This document shows, in pieces, positions 63,060 through 64,000 of a DNA stretch of 64,000 nt. Under the pieces are notes generated by a model. That model worked only from the letters and a program-made list of their open reading frames with translations. It was not told the origin of the DNA and did no database searches. How positions within the stretch are numbered: position 1 is the stretch's first letter; each line of letters opens with the position of its first letter. Where the stretch lies: positions 1,798,001-1,862,000 of the forward strand of contig JAYWIR010000030.1 of assembly GCA_036172245.1 (NCBI GenBank). The letters run 5' to 3'. The translations under genes and the position numbers were made by a program. This DNA is from Raillietiella orientalis (Eukaryota).

Positions 63060-64000
63060 GCTATCCCTGCTTTCGCTTTTTTGCTTCCAGTTTTTTCTTC
63101 ATGGCTTCCTTGTTTTTTTCGGTTTTCCAAGTGCTGAAGAACCTCCTGCCTCCCTAGGAGAGGCTCACGAAGCTCTTCATCACTGTTTACTCTACTCGAT
63201 GGGGCGTGTAACTCTTCGAGTTATAGGGAATAACCCCAGAAGGACCAAACTATAAATACAGGTAGGCTCACGCTTGGAAATGAGCCCCAAAGGATACCCC
63301 TGTCCTGGTTGTCTTCTATTTCCACCAGAAAGACCGTGGCTTTTCTTAATATTCAAAATAACCTCATACATTGTGGTGGGACACGTGGTCCATCACGCTC
63401 CGCTTGTGCATGGACCTGCAGGGTCGCCGGTGCGCACACCGGCGGGGCTGACTGACAGCGAAGGGGGAGGGGAGAGAACAGAAAGTAAAAAGAGAAAGTA
63501 AATAAAACTCTTTGCGAGGATCAGGAAGAAATCACTGTTTGCTATGGGGAGTCTGCATCCTTTGCAGGATGTCAGCTAGGCAGTCCTAAGTCCAGTATTT
63601 CGTCCGAACAGGTTCCAAGTGGGGCCATCATCTCTAAGGGGGGTTCCAAGTGGCCGCAATCCGCTAAAAGTAATCTACGAACTGGACGGCGTCCCTCTCG
63701 CTTCTTCCTCTGTCGGCTTCGCTCCAGGCTGCCACAATCCTGTGGATGCAGCAAAGCGCTTCAGGGAGTGCGGCTGGCTGCAGTACGTCCCGCACAAAGT
63801 GGAGCTGTAAGAAGTCCCTAGGGGTGCCAACTGGAGTCCGTAAGGTCGTTCCGAAAGCTTCTCACAGGAACTGGAGGGCAAGATATCCCACAAGCAGATG
63901 CGACAGGGATTCGCGTTCCCTGAATCTTCGACAGTCCGAGCTCAGTGTCCAGTGGTTTCGGCTGCGTCGTAGAGAAGACCCCTAGACAGTTCTTGCCCAA
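63060..64000. mobile_element. Composite of a plus-strand RT block (to ~63314) and a minus-strand 3' end, with the same junction as 46431
   Basis: GTGCTGAAGAACC block at 63131, followed by the duplicated junction and a minus-strand zf/3' UTR. Confidence 0.75.
63270..63944 (+). repeat. 675-bp near-identical duplication, copy 2
   Basis: Matches 46387-47061 at an offset of 16,883 bp. Confidence 0.97.

Noticed and set aside
1..64000. CRISPR array, Fanzor/TnpB, retron, Helitron or rRNA
   Set aside because: No regularly spaced repeats and no RuvC, Rep/helicase or rRNA motifs were recognised.

Overview
Eukaryotic, probably arthropod, transposon graveyard. The hints are a (TTAGG)n run and a Drosophila-type U6 variant (CAAAATCGTG). 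No intact host gene is recognisable, and the long ORFs in the track are mostly frame-shifted or antisense pieces of decayed elements. Most of the window is nested, fragmented L1/Tx1-type non-LTR retrotransposon sequence on both strands: APE endonuclease, RT, C-terminal zinc finger and 3' UTR, with one family recurring many times. Remnants of pogo-like (two), piggyBac-like, MULE-like, Tc1-like and Gypsy-like elements are also present. Highlights: (1) the 3' end of a Utopia-type R2/NeSL-group retrotransposon (CCHC plus restriction-like endonuclease) joined to a U2 snRNA that lacks its first ~38 nt; (2) a U6 fragment with a fold-back junction inside an L1 ORF1; (3) conserved, covarying 3'-UTR hairpins in the dominant L1/Tx1 family, whose RT-core copies share a broken YADD motif, which suggests a non-autonomous family mobilised in trans; (4) a 675-bp near-identical tract whose flanks are homologous but diverged. 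All protein calls come from motifs recognised by eye across frameshifts, and boundaries are approximate.
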